A DNA stretch of 64,000 nt from Pocillopora damicornis (lineage: Eukaryota): assembly GCF_003704095.1 (NCBI RefSeq), contig NW_020846063.1, forward strand, positions 868,001-932,000. Direction: 5' to 3'. The stretch's first letter is position 1, and each line of letters begins with the position of its first letter. Below, piece after piece: positions 46,801 through 59,742 of the stretch. The notes below the pieces were generated by a model. It was not told the DNA's origin. It did no database searches and saw only the letters and a list, made by a program, of their open reading frames with translations. The translations under genes and the position numbers were made by a program.

Positions 46801-49800
46801 CTTGTACTTTTCTGTGTGCTAATCAAATTCTTTGACTCTCTTGAATTTAGCATGATGGAATCCTTCCCAATCTATGTGAGGAATTGAGTGTACCTCTTTC
46901 AAATGTATGTATTAAAAAGATATAATTTGTAGTTGAAGGAAATGATACATTTCATCCTGTTTCTGGTTGTCCGAATGAAGCATTAAGAAATGAAAATGTC
47001 AGTGGTTTACATCATGGAATTTAATCATCACAATTCACTGACTTCTGCCTCTGTTAGCAAGTAAAATCTCTTTTTGTGCTGTTTCTTTTTTAGGTCGCAT
47101 TAATCTACTCACAACACTTTAAACCATTTTTGGAGAAGTTAATTGAGGTACAAGTAACTTTGTTGATTACATATATCTTTTATTAACAAAGTAATGTCAC
47201 AAAACTGTTATCATGAACAAACTTGCTGCACAAGTTCTTGTTGAGCAAGAGCTCAAACAACATTAATTCCCTGTACTGTACATCAACACTGAACAAACTT
47301 TGCCTTAACTGTTTAATCACATTTTGTTCATATGAATGATTTTCTTCCCTTTGTTACTTTGCTTTGTTACTTTCCACAGCAAAATGCAAGAAACTTGTTG
47401 AAAGTAAGTAATAGAGTCAAGAGAGCTTGGATTGGTCATGTTGTTGCTAATCCAATTTGTTAAATCATGATATGTTTATTAACAACTCTGGTATTGACCC
47501 TCAAACCCCTAAGAGTGACTAGCATCTAATTATCCTTATAATATCACCACTGAATCACACTTTGATGTCATGAGAATAGATGAAATAATCACCAACTAAA
47601 GAAACTCTTGATTGTTAGACAAATTTGCCGTAGTTAATTTACAGAGAACAGTATGGAGAATGTGGATACTGATGTTAGGGTGTAAAGGGTTAAGATTGAC
47701 TTGAAAAGAGGTGCTAGACAGTGAGAGGCCACCTCAGGTTAAATTTACTGTGTTGTTCAAATAAGCACTCCAAAATATATTAAATATATTAAATATATGA
47801 TATAGATTTAAAAGTGATCACACTGGTGGTGTTAGGTATCACTCTGTAAATTATCCAATTTTGACAATCTCTGTCTGCAGATTGGCGATTTAAATTCCAT
47901 CTATGAAGAAGTCTGTGCAAGATCTGGAGATGTTGATGAGAGAGACTTCTTTGACAAAAATGGCTATTTATGGATTCCTTTCAATGAAGAACCCAGTGAA
48001 GTGGGACATGGCAGGTACAAAAGATCTCATATTTACCCAACTAGTAATTTTTTTACAAAATGTGAGACTAGCTGTATTTGATTTATTCAATTTAGTGCTG
48101 GAACTATTAGTGGTGTAACTACCAATACTGCGATCCATGATGAATGATGAAATGTGAGACTAGCTGTATTTGATTTATTCAATTTAGTGCTGGAACTATT
48201 AGTGGTGGAACTACCAATACTGCGATCCATGATGAATTTCAACCTGTTTTGGTAACCCTAACAGCTGATTTAGAATCAAGGTGCAGTATATATATGTACA
48301 TCTTCAGCTCTAATTCTTTTTCTTGTTCTTCCTCTGGTTTGGGGTTATGTATGGATATTTCCTTCAGAGGGAACATAATCAGTGATCAAAATTACAACTG
48401 AGTTGTAATACCTTCTTCTCTGCTTGGTTTCTTTTCCATGTACAGTAGAAGGTCCTACCCACCAAGCTCATCATCATTTACTGATTTAAGAGCTACACTT
48501 GAAGAAAGAAGGTACTATATTTCCAAAGGGAATATGTAAATCAATTATACAATTCACAGTGAGGTCTTTTAAAATTTTATGTTATGCAAATTAACAAGAA
48601 TATGTACCCTTTTAAGATAACTTAACCTTTGTTCTTTACTGTCACATTGTCATTCCATTGAATGCCAAATACTGTATAGAGGGTAAAATAAGCAGTTCAC
48701 TTTTATACTTACTCATAACTCAGTAATACATGTACATAACACAATCTTATTTTTGGAGAGGTGGACTAACACAGTCCACTTGCACACTCAAGCTACTGAT
48801 CACAACAGCCAAGTATAAATATACTCAGTCTGGTTAGTCAACATTAAAAGTATCGTTTGGAGTATGAAATGACATAATGTAGCTCTCGACACGTACTGAT
48901 TGCAGGAAATCTTATTTGATAAATTATATATTTTTTGTTTAGCCATTTGCCAGGTCAAGAACTGATAAGGTTTTGGGAAGTAAGTATGTGTAAACAACAT
49001 ACCAGTATAATGTATTGCATTAAAAATGTATAATAGGAGCTTGAGGCTGAGGTAGAGAAATCCTGCTAACAGAATCATTGAAGATTCCATTCCAGATCCT
49101 TGTCACTCTTAAATGCCAGCCTTAAGCTTTTGTATGGGATAATTTTTTACTTACTTTGGCTTGAAATCCAACGCCAGAGCCAAATTAATTTAAAACATAT
49201 TGGCATCAATACTGAATTCTAAAAATTAAAAAGATGAAAATCATAGTCCTTATCTCAATATTTGTTCATTAGCCTGAGAAAAGTCTTACTTCAGTCAAAC
49301 ATGAAGTTACAAATATTGGTATCATAGGTCATAAGTTTATGTTTCAAGTCTCTTCACTCAGCAAGGAATTTTTTCATGTGGGATTTAATATATAAATGAC
49401 TTATTTTCTCCTTTTAGTCTTGTGGAAGAAATCCTAGAAATCTCATACAATCCAAATTAACAGGTGAGAAGTGACTTTTTTTTTTACTTTGAATTATTTA
49501 GAATATACGTAAGAAATAAATGAACATTATAATTCTCTTTTACTATTGGATAGGATCTGACAAGTATTTGATGATTACATTTGTTGGTTGACTTAATTAA
49601 AATTTTTAGCCGTTCAGGACGGTTTCCTGAAAGGATTTGATGACACTGCAGTTTGTGAAGGGGACTATAATATTTCAATTCAGGTAATTTGCTTTTATAT
49701 GGTTATTGACTATATCGTTTTAACCATTTCACTCCCAAGATCTCGTTTGGTAATTCTCTTTACTGTCTGCCGTACAGTTCTAATAATGTTTGTTCTGAGA

Positions 49801-52800
49801 AGTTGGTATTAAATCACCATCTGGATCAACTGATGTTTTCTTTGTTCTCATCACTTGTCTGTATGATAGAAGAGATGAAGGAAGGTGATAAATTGTGATA
49901 TCTTTTTTCTTTGATGACTGGACTCAAAATTAACCTTTTCTAAAATCTGTTTTAATGTAATATCTTTTGTGTTTGTTGCAGATTTTTGTCCTGGCAAAGA
50001 AACTTTATTATAGAGTTATGGAGGCTATGCTGTTGGCAGTGAGTTAATTTCTTTTTCACACTTGTTAGCCACAACAACATCTGTTTAACTTGCAGTTAAA
50101 CTTATTTTATCTTATTTCATACTGTATACTTCATACACAGGAAGGTCTTCCACATATTCCTTAATAGAAAGAAAGCTATGCTTACTGCAACTTAGAGAAA
50201 AAGTGAAGCAAGCCACAAATTATTTTTTAACAAGAATTATTTCTTTGTCTTTCAGGAAGAGAAAAGATTATCTTATAGTGATTTCAGGTAGTTACTGTCT
50301 CCAAGATTTGTCCTTTACAACTATAAAGATGTTTTTTAACAGGAATTTTACATTTTTGGAAAAAGGTGGAATGCATTGTATTTTCTGAATCAATCACTAA
50401 TTGTTTGTTTTCATGTTGTCAGTGCTCTACTGAATAGTGAAACATTCCATGTTTCGCTTTTGGCCTGTTCCCTTGAAGTTGTTATGGCTGACAAAGGATT
50501 GTCATGTACGTAATACTTTTATTGGATTGTTCCTTTATCATATGTTATGTAAGAACTTCAATCACCCAACATTTACTTCAAACCACCTGCATCCATTGGA
50601 TAATGTTATCATCCAGGGTTAGATATCCCTTGGATGTCTGTCAGAGTAGTGCTCAGTACTTCTCATTTCTGATACAATAATTTCCAGGGCCAACTCTAGC
50701 ATTTCCTTGGATTCTTGGCATTCTGAAGCTGGAGGTAATACACTGAAGTTAATGTTATTCAGCATCTACAGTTTGTGTCAACATTTTTGTCTCCTCAATC
50801 TGTTATGGAAATAGTATCAACTGATTCAAAGTTGTGAATTAACCCTTTCACTTCCAAGAGTAATCAAAATATAATTTTTGTCCTTAAAATATTTTCAAGA
50901 CAGTGAGACAGGTGATGAGAAAACAAGAAAAACATCAACAGGATGATATTGTTAACACTAAATTTTCAGAGCTTAAATACTTTGCAATATGTGACAGACA
51001 AAGTGAAAAATTTATGCTTGAAACTTAGAAATGAAAGGGTTTGATCTAAAATGGTATTTTGTTTTCTCTGCATCACCAATAACGATTGAAATGCAAAACT
51101 TAAGTAGCTGTATTTTGAACCTCAGAGTTTGCATGTTATTGATTGTGAAAGTTCTTTTGCATTTTAGGCATTTGATTTTTTCAAAGTCACTGAAAGTTTC
51201 ATTCTTCATGAGCCACTTCTTAGTAGCAGTTTAATTAAGGTAAAGAATGTACCAATGACCTACATGGTGTTTGAAACTTTTGGCAGAAACTGGAAAATTA
51301 TTTTGATCATCAGTAATTAAGCAATGATGCTAACTTGTTTTTTGTTTTGTTTTGTTTTACTTTCTTTTTGTCAGCATGTAAATCGAATAGAGGAACAAGT
51401 GTTGGAGAATTTGGCATGGAAAACGGTGAGTGCAGATCAGCAATTATTTAGAGGGCCTCCACCTTGGCAAACCTTCAAGGGAGTTGAGATACCAAAAACT
51501 TCGTTACAAGGATAATACTGTTTATTGTCCTGTTGTCTTGAGCAATCGTATTTCACTGTTGTTTCTGACTCTCTCTTTTCCAGGGTTCACCTCTATTAAA
51601 AGCAATGGAAACCTATCATCCACACTCTGACCCAGCAACAGTGTAAGTATTTGTGAAAGGATGCTGCCACTTAGCTATAAAAGCGCTTCAAAGGGATAAC
51701 CGGAAACCTATATTTGGCAGACCAAATTTCTATTATTGACGAGGAAGAGCTCGAAACCACTATATCTGTAGTGATTTGTTTGTTGGACATAATTTTTCAT
51801 TCTTATCAGTTAACTTTGTTTGTCTTAGAGGCTCTGTTCAGCAGCAAAAGAAGTCGCAGTCTCTAAATTTGTTTTTGAGGAGAGGTTAGTGCTAAGATTT
51901 TTCTGGCCTTTCACTCCAAGTTGTGAGAGTTTTTACAATCTTGTCATACTTTTGATACTCAGTCAGGGGAAAGGTAATGTTACAATATATAACTCAAACG
52001 ACAGTGTTTTCATGTAACACGTGTGTTAACAGGCCAACTTGCGAAGAACTTTTTCAAAATGTAACCTACGCTTTTTTTTATTATTTTTTTTTAATGTCTG
52101 CAGTGAACCAGTTGTCCTACCATCGTTTAACAACGCTTTGTGATAAACTTGAAGTCAGTGACACGCTGGTAAGTATGACATGTGCAGTATTGTGGTCCTG
52201 ACCATAATGGCCTCTCGAACCTAGAACTAAAACAGACGCTAAATTGAGCGCGAAGGTTTCAATCGGGGTGTGTGCGTGGATCTCAATTTATGATATGAAA
52301 ACCTTAAAGTCTAACCCATTTTGTTACCATGTTTTACAAGAATTTCAATTAATCTCTCCAGACGTAAACGCACCACGTAAACGTAAACGTGAATTGTGTT
52401 ATTCTTCTCCAAGATTGAAACAACATCATAAACACTTTACATCTTGACGGGTTCTACTATTGGAAACAATTTGAAAAATAAGATCAAGTTTCTCGAAATT
52501 AGTTTTAATTAAAAAAGAAAAAAAAAAACGAAAAAAAAAGTTGTCGTCAAGAATAGTTAATGCCACTGTGCCGGCTTTTCTACAACCCTCAGTTACACCT
52601 AAATAATAAAAGCTGTTTTCTCTCTCAAGAAAGGCCTCTAAACCAGTAGTATATCTTTGTTCAGACGTGCTTAAAATTCTCATGTCAGGTCAGTCACATG
52701 TGGACGTGCTTGGAACATTCACTGAGATTGCATTGGCAGTTGATGGTTGACCGTCACTTGGACCAGGTTCATGTACAAAGCGTTGCATTTATGTTGGCTT

Positions 52801-55800
52801 CATCCTTTCACTCTCAGGAGACACCCAAAAGAACATTCTCCTTAAATTTTCAACTAGAGTATATCGTTTGATGTAACATTAAGCGTAAATTATGGGAATT
52901 GTATGGCAGGCAGCACGGAAAATTGATATAAATATTGAATGAGAGAGAGTATTAAAGACACTTCGGTACTCCAGAGCTTTCACTTATCTGATCTGATTCT
53001 GAGCAGCCCGGGCCAGCCAGCGACCGCTCGTGCGAAGGGCCTTTCTTGTCCGATTTCTCGCTTGCGTACTTCTAGAGCATGTCTTTCACAGAGCACCGGC
53101 TACACGGGCTATTTCACCTAAAAAATCCAAATTTAGCGGCAGTAATTTAATCTTTCACTTTCACGTTCAAAATTTGAATCATACATACACAATCGGGGAT
53201 TGAGATCATTGAAATCTTTTTCTTATGATTGTATTTTAAGACCATGAGAAATAATTACTTTATCTCCCCTACAGATGCTTTTGTGTGCAGTGTACGCCAT
53301 TTCTAAGGTGGTCGGAAAAGAAATTCAATTTAAACAGATTGTCACCGTCTACAAAGGATTGCCATTTGCATCGGCACAGGTAAGTTTCTGAAAGGAATTT
53401 GTTTACTCAATTAACCCTTAAAGGAATTTGTTTACTCAGTTAACCCTTTAACTCCGGTGAGTGACCAAGACAGAATATTTCCTTACTGTATCAATACATT
53501 ATCATGCAAACAAGTGATGAGAATAAAGAAAAATATCAACTATAGGATTACTAATTGTCCGATACCACATTCTCCCAACTAACATAACGAGAATCGTTTG
53601 GCAGACAGTAAGGAGAATTACTAATGAGATCTTGGGGGTTAAAGGGTTAAGCTCCCGCTTAGTTAAGCTCTCGCTCAGTCATCTATGCATGCGTTCGTTT
53701 ATTCATTTATTTTTGTTGTCAATCTCTGACAGAAAGTGATAAAGAATGTAGAAAGTGCTGTCTTGGAAAGGAGAATTTTTCTTGAAATCAATTTTTTCCT
53801 AAGACAACTTCAGTCGATAAGTCAAAACTATTAATAAAAGTTTCATGCTTAAAACTTTACCAGTGAGTTTTCTTTGGTCACAATACTCTGGGCTTCCTTG
53901 ATAGATTAGGAGCCTCGAATCATTTTACCCCGTAGTAAGCTATGAATGGGGGTACATCGTTGTAGAATAATAAGCAATTGTTCCACGAGCGCGCGTGAAG
54001 ATTATAGATAGCCAACGAGGACCGTAGGGCGGAGTTGGCTATAATCATCTCATATCCAGCAAATGCGAGTAGAATAATTGTTTAATTAAAAACGCCCCAA
54101 AATATAGATCAATCTTCCTAACTTTTATTATGTAAGGACAAAAAACACTAACCATATTTTTAGAGCAAGGTTTGATGGGTCATAACCCATGATGACTAAG
54201 CCAGTTAAAACTCTTGAATCGAATCATCCGATAATCCAGCTTTAATAATAGAGAATATTGACAATTACTTGAGAATTTTAGTTACGTTGTTCTATTAATT
54301 CCACCAGGTGTACAAGGGAACCTCCGGCAGAGAACAAGAATCAATCATTGGATTCTACAACAAGGTGTACATGGTTGCAATGAAGTCCACCATTCTTCAG
54401 TTTGCACCAAACAAGGTAAGTGAACCTTTTTTTTTTCATTGTTAATGGGAGTCTGTACACGAATCAAGTAGCCTTATCTTGGTGTCCACAGCATGAAGTG
54501 ACTAGGAGTGTTCCTTTTTCTCATTGTTGGTTACTCTGCCCCCCTCCCCCTCCCCCTCCCAGCATCTTCTCAGTTTTTCCAGGGAGACGCTTTGTGAGAG
54601 TTAAGTGTCTCTCCCTTGAACTCAACACATTGATTTGGCCAGGCCTCGAACGCGGACCTTTCGACCCGGAGTCCACATTCTTTCATCATCCTACTTATCA
54701 TGGGTTGCACTCTTCCTTTCACACGATCCAACAGATGTGATATTTAGTGAATTCCATGTCCGAAAAATACTCGCGGTTTTTACTCGAATATCGTTCTCTA
54801 ACATAACGTAACTTGAATAATCATGGCTTCAAGCTGATATGTAATGTGCAGTTTAACTTTAGTTTGTTGAAGGGTTCATGTATTTTTTTTTCCCGCACAG
54901 GACGCTCCTGTTTCACCCGCTCCCAAAAGCGCAGTGAGGTGCATTGTCATTTTGTTCCATGTAATTGTACGTGTGTTCTAAGACTAATCGGTTGATACGA
55001 TTTGTTAATGACACTTATGTGTTAAGATCCCCGATAAACATTCTCGGCCATTTGGTGTGCCCTTTCACCATGTATATCTTCATGTTTTTGGCTTAAAATA
55101 CTATTGTCGGTTTGTAGGGTTCCAGGGAAGAATAATTTTTATCTATCTCCACTACGAAGCTCTCCAAGCGAAACTTTAACTCCAAAACCAAGGTAAGTAA
55201 CAAATGAAAGAAATAACAAAGGAACATGACTTAATTCACTCAAGACCTTTCATTTTAGTAACAAGTGATGGGGAACTAGAAAAGCTTTCTCTCGTCTTCA
55301 ATGTTGAAAATACATTTCATAGTACTTGGTTTTTCTAATTAGTTACTCGTTTATTTCGTAGGTCATCATTCAGCTTCGGGGAGTCCCCAGGGGTAAGTTT
55401 GTATGAAATTCCCACACAGTCTCCGCCCCCAATCACCCCAGATGTTATTGTGGTATTTTAACAAGGCGACTCCGGAAGTGAAAGGGAACGACAAGTCCAA
55501 AGACTCGCGTGTATACGTCACCCCGGGAGTTGGGAGGTTGCGGAAGGGGGTAGGGTGGATTGTCAATGTTTCATGCCCTCTAAGGAATCGCGTTTTTTTT
55601 TTCATAATGTAGTTGTTCTATTTGTAAGACTTCTTTGTATTACTATTTACCTTTAGTCCGCTGACCGTGAGAGCCTGTCAAGAATAAATGCCTCCGTACG
55701 AGCAGCGGTGCATAGTCAACTCAAGGTACCACAGAAGAGATTGCGCTTTGACGACTGTGACCAAACTGAACCAGGCCCTGTTCTCACGAACGGCCACTCG

Positions 55801-55881
55801 ACAGAAAAGGAGACTGGGCCACATTTGCATGGGAGGAATGCTTCGAAAGAAGAGGAAGAGAAAGGGGATGAAAGTTATTAA
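43879..55881 (+). CDS. RB1: Retinoblastoma-associated protein (RB1-type pocket protein), ~30 short exons; first exon not found (possibly in gap 41739-41838)
   Basis: Representative exons: 43879-44036, 44428-44483 (WFICAIYVA), 44842-44973, 47881-48013 (SGDVDERDF), 49982-50038 (LYYRVMEAML), ~50423-50505 (FHVSLLACSLEVV), ~51169-51239 (AFDFFKVTESFI), ~51376-51425 (EQVLENLAW), 51829-51884 (KSQSLNLFLRR), 52689-52766 (LMVDRHLDQ), 53275-53379 (LCAVYAISKV), ~54308-54414 (SIIGFYNKVYM), 55657-55881 (PQKRLRFD, stop TAA). There is no p107/p130-type B-box insert, so RB1-like. Confidence 0.88.
47494..47693. mobile_element. piggyBac-type MITE copy
   Basis: TTGACCCT...TAAAGGGTTAA; the interior is the reverse complement of the 22470, 60537 and 1279 copies. 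Confidence 0.72.
48059..48237. repeat. Near-perfect tandem duplication, period 92 bp, in an RB1 intron
   Basis: AATGTGAGACTAGCTG...GATCCATGATGAAT occurs at 48059 and 48151 with one visible mismatch. Confidence 0.9.
49720..49865. mobile_element. Partial piggyBac-type MITE
   Basis: TTAACCATTTCACTCCCAAGATCTC..TAATTCTCTTTACTGTCTGCC is the reverse complement of the right half of the 53440 copy. Confidence 0.6.
50839..51043. mobile_element. piggyBac-type MITE copy
   Basis: TTAACCCTTTCA...TGAAAGGGTTTG; interior related to the 53440 copy. Confidence 0.65.
53440..53650. mobile_element. piggyBac-type MITE (~200 bp), best-preserved copy
   Basis: TTAA-CCCTTTAAC...GTTAAAGGG-TTAA: TTAA target-site duplication plus CCC-starting TIRs, non-coding interior. 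A ~29-bp local duplication (53391-53448) sits at the left end. Confidence 0.8.
53972..54250. repeat. Interspersed repeat with palindromic head
   Basis: CAATTGTTCCAC..ATAGCCAAC..GTTGGCTAT..GTAGAATAATTG palindrome (53972-54082). The stretch 54040-54250 aligns by eye with the reverse complement of 11143-11370. Confidence 0.75.
54465..54678 (-). mobile_element. tRNA-derived SINE remnant
   Basis: On -: TGGACTCCGGGTCGAAAGGTCCGCGTTCGAGGCCTGG (tRNA-like head with B-box), then GACACTTAACTCTCAC core and CTCCTAGTCACTTCATGCT tail, typical of conserved-core metazoan SINEs. A related tail fragment lies at ~14265-14305. Confidence 0.65.
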
Positions 55882-57269
55882 AAAATGGGAATATCGCCCA
55901 GGGGAAGGGTAAGGGGTACACCCAGGAATTCTTGTTGAGGCTGTGCCTCTTGGTTTTCCTCTTGGCCCTTTGAAGGACATAACCATGAAATTCCTTCAGC
56001 CTCTTTCTGACCTTGCCAAGTGAAGTGAACACAATGCTTAAGAATTTCAATTATTTATTTGCTGTAAAAGTACTTTGAGATGATGAAAAGTTTTTAACGC
56101 GCAAACTTATAGACCAGAGCGAGTTGCCTCGTTCAGGCGTCATGGCTATAGCATCCACGTATATATGTACTTCTTAACCCTTTAAATTCTCTTCGACTTC
56201 AGTGGTCAATACCGGATTTCAGGTGGGGTGGGGTGGGTTGTGGTAGCACATACCTACACGGCTATAAAGGGGAGTATCCCTTATTTATAAGGGAGGANNN
56301 NNNNNNNTTGTGTCCTAATTTACGCAGGTTTAAACGTATTTGTCGTTAAATTAAGTTTCGTCGTGGTTTTTTTTTCTTCTTTTTTCGCTCCCAGAGTACT
56401 ATGTAGAGGTATTTGAAAGAAAATATCTAGTCACTTAAGCATGCGTCTTCTCCGATGACAAGAAAATTTATGTCTATATTAGGGCGGTTTAATGCCGGAA
56501 ATTCTTTTGTTGGCAAAGACAGAAAACAGGCCATGTTAGCCGGGGATGAATCCTTCATTAAGTTTTATTGTTGATTGTTCACTGGCGTGAAAACTAAACG
56601 AGGCGTTCCGTTATGTCAACAATTTCATTTCTTCGGTCTTCGGGATTCTGCTGCCAAATTAGGATATTGAAAGATTTAGCCCTGAAACATCCAGAAATTA
56701 CGGTGTATTTTTTCTTGGTATTTAATCTGACTGGATTTTAATGAATTGAACTTTATAAGGATGGAGTATTCTGCAAGTAGAATGTATGCTGTGAAAGGTT
56801 ACTGCTGCATACGTATATCAGTGCGTTGAAAATACGATCATGGACTACAGATCGCTTAATGTTCCAATTCTATTCTAATTTTGGCCCGGAATTTTTGGCA
56901 AGACCTCAAGTCACGTTTTATTTTGAGCGAGGTGAATTCACAAATTATCCAGAAAACATTTTAATTAACCCACATCTTACTTGAGTAGATTACACGTTGA
57001 TTAATGTAAAAAAGATGAGCTTCATTATGGAATATCCAATGTATTTATGCATCATGGCCATTAGTCTTTTCCTGAGACTAAATTGGTCATATTCCTGTAA
57101 AAATCCTCCAATTATATATATTATTTATTATCACATCCTGTTGCAATCATACGTATCCTGTCTTGCTCATAAATAGCTTGTCCGTTAGTACGGTTGAACA
57201 GGCATGAAATCTACTTTGGCGAGGTTTAGCAACTGTCCGTCACGTAACATGTACAATCGACTTTCAGGC

Positions 57270-57477
57270 TTAACCCCTTAACTCTTCGATAAAACATGTA
57301 ATTTCTCCCTTTGATATCTATACGTTTTCTAGTAAACAGGTAACAAGAATACTCAAACTTACCAGGAAGAAGTTTTTAATTTGATCTTACACCAAATTCT
57401 TTGAACTAATTTACAAGGAATTGTGTAGCAGGAAGTGGAGAGAATTAACAATCAGATCTTGAAAGTTAGAGGATTGA
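57270..57477. mobile_element. piggyBac-type MITE copy
   Basis: TTAACCCCTTAACTC...GAGAATTAACAATCAGATCTTGAAAGTTAGAGGATTGA; interior related to the 53440 copy. Confidence 0.62.
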
Positions 57478-59742
57478 TATCAGCGTGCTAAGTTCATCGC
57501 TCAAAGGATTCACTTGCACGTAATCGATGGGTTAAAGCTTTGACATTAGAACAAAAACAAGAGGTAAGACAAACGCAGGGACGTGAGGTGAACAGGCCGT
57601 CAAATACCTTTTTCTGAATATTTGTTACACTTACAATCGTTATTGTTTTTGTTTTTTTTCGTCTGGCTTGAGTCCGGCCCACAACTCTCCTGAAGGAACC
57701 TTTCCCCCCTTAATGAATTTAGTGCTAATATCTTCATCTTATCTCGCAATTTAAAACAAACGGAGAAAGATTAAAAAAAAAAACAAAAATAAATTGAAAA
57801 AATGAAAAAAAGCCGGCCGCAACACTGATCCCAAGCAAGACTCGTTTAACCTCCCGCAATGTGTTATCGATTCGTTTGCACATGTTTTTTTTTTGTCCTT
57901 ATCAAGGTGCTTGTTTCTAAAAAGTGTCGTTGACGACCCACGGGGGAAATCCAAAGGCACATGTTTCAGAGGGAGAAAGTTATAGATAACACTAGTTCTG
58001 TGACAGGCGGCCGTGTAGGTTAAAGCTCTTAAATTTATTAAGTTTATTTAAATTTATTAAGTTTTGCCCTGTGCTTAGAGAATGTTCGGTGAGTCAATTA
58101 CTTGCTTTCCCCAAATGACCTCGCAGCATCCCATTTTAGCCTATGATTTTACGAACCCATCAATCTGAAGAAGCGGAATCAAACCTTAATTTTCCACATA
58201 GGTACGGGTTGTTAAGAAAGTTGATCTCAAAATTAGTTTTTGCCAATTTAACTGTAATTAAAAACCGTCTGATGAACGTAGTTCTAAAGATAGAGAGCGT
58301 TGATAAGCGCCAAATCCTTCTCATCCTTCGCGTAATGGAGACGAGCCTTCCGTTTTGAATTGCAATGTAATCCCCTGTTGAAGGTTGCTCTTATTGTGTT
58401 ATTTAAAGATGGATTATTTTTCTCAGCAGTTCCTGTCCAGAATTAGATTGATGGATCATTTTGTCACCAAGGTTATGCCTTGATTTTAAGGTTATTGGTT
58501 AAAATCAGGAGAGACAGACTTGTTCCTACAAATTATGTTATTTTTAAAGAATTGAGCCACATGCCCTGTTAGATTTGCCTTGTATTTCTGACAACATGTC
58601 ATCAAAATAACGCATTCAAATTGGCAACCTCCAAATGTTGATTAAGCATTAAACATCAGCCACTATTAGTTTACCAGCGTGATAAGCCATGCAGGAGGTT
58701 TATGGAACACGAGAAAAGTTTGTAAACCACCAGCCAAGAACCTTTTATGAAGCAACGTCACAGCATTTCAGTTTCTGAAGAGAACCTTATAATACGATGT
58801 GTTTTTGATCAATCAGGACGCGCGTACTACAATATACCTTGTGTTTCAGACCAATCGGGACGCTCGTAGTATCTTCTTTTTTTAAAACATAAACAACATA
58901 TGTTTAGCTCTATTATGCAATGTTGAAACTTTAAAGGTCTTACTTTGTGGGAATTTGCCTATCGACAACGACAAGCTCACGAAGAAAAAATTCCTGCCAA
59001 ATTAAACGCCGCAAAATATGATTTACGTCAAAAATCTGAGAAAGAAAACTCCTGCTTTCCATATCAGACGCTTTAAAAGTTAAACCAAATACGTCAATGA
59101 ACAGTCGGGGCTGATTGGGACAAATAGTATGACAATTTATCTGTAATTGCATTAACGATCGAGGCGATTGCACAGTTTAGTTTGTGGTCGTGGAGTATTT
59201 CGGAAAAAGATTAATTAGGGTTACGGCATGTGTTGTCAGCGTCCTCTATGCTTTTAGAAATATTTTAAGTGTGTGGCAACGGGCTCTTGAAGTCTTGACA
59301 GTTTTTCTCTCCTAGTCCTTAAACATAGAACGTCGTCTACTAAAAGGATTACGTAAGGAAGTTTAAAAAACTTTCAAGAAGGAAGGACTCTTGGGTTCGA
59401 ACCACTGTAAAATATCGCAGGCATTTTTTTAACCTAAATTTAATTTACTTAACTCATTGCCAATCTTGATTTTTGCAACGAACGATCTCATGCGCTTTTT
59501 GACGTGGCCTGATGTTGTTGAACTAAGTGGCTTTGTAGAAACGCATTAGTTAAGGGGGTCACATAGTTTCAATTAAAACTGTGAAATGTCACGGAAATGT
59601 CTCCTGATAGTTATTTAGACAAAGCCGTATGCACTTTTAGATCAGGCGGGCCATTTTACCCAGCTAGCGAACGCCCACGCCAAGAGCACATTCGCTGTTC
59701 TAAAGGGGGCTGCGACGTATTTCAAGGAGCAGAGGGCTAAAA

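Noticed and set aside
55688-55912. 74-aa basic ORF in the RB1 last exon
   Set aside because: Alternative frame. The spliced frame from 55657 gives the conserved KRLRFD motif and stops at 55881.
59383-59408. GGGTTCGAACC tRNA T-loop-like motif
   Set aside because: No cloverleaf or A-box context, so not a tRNA gene.
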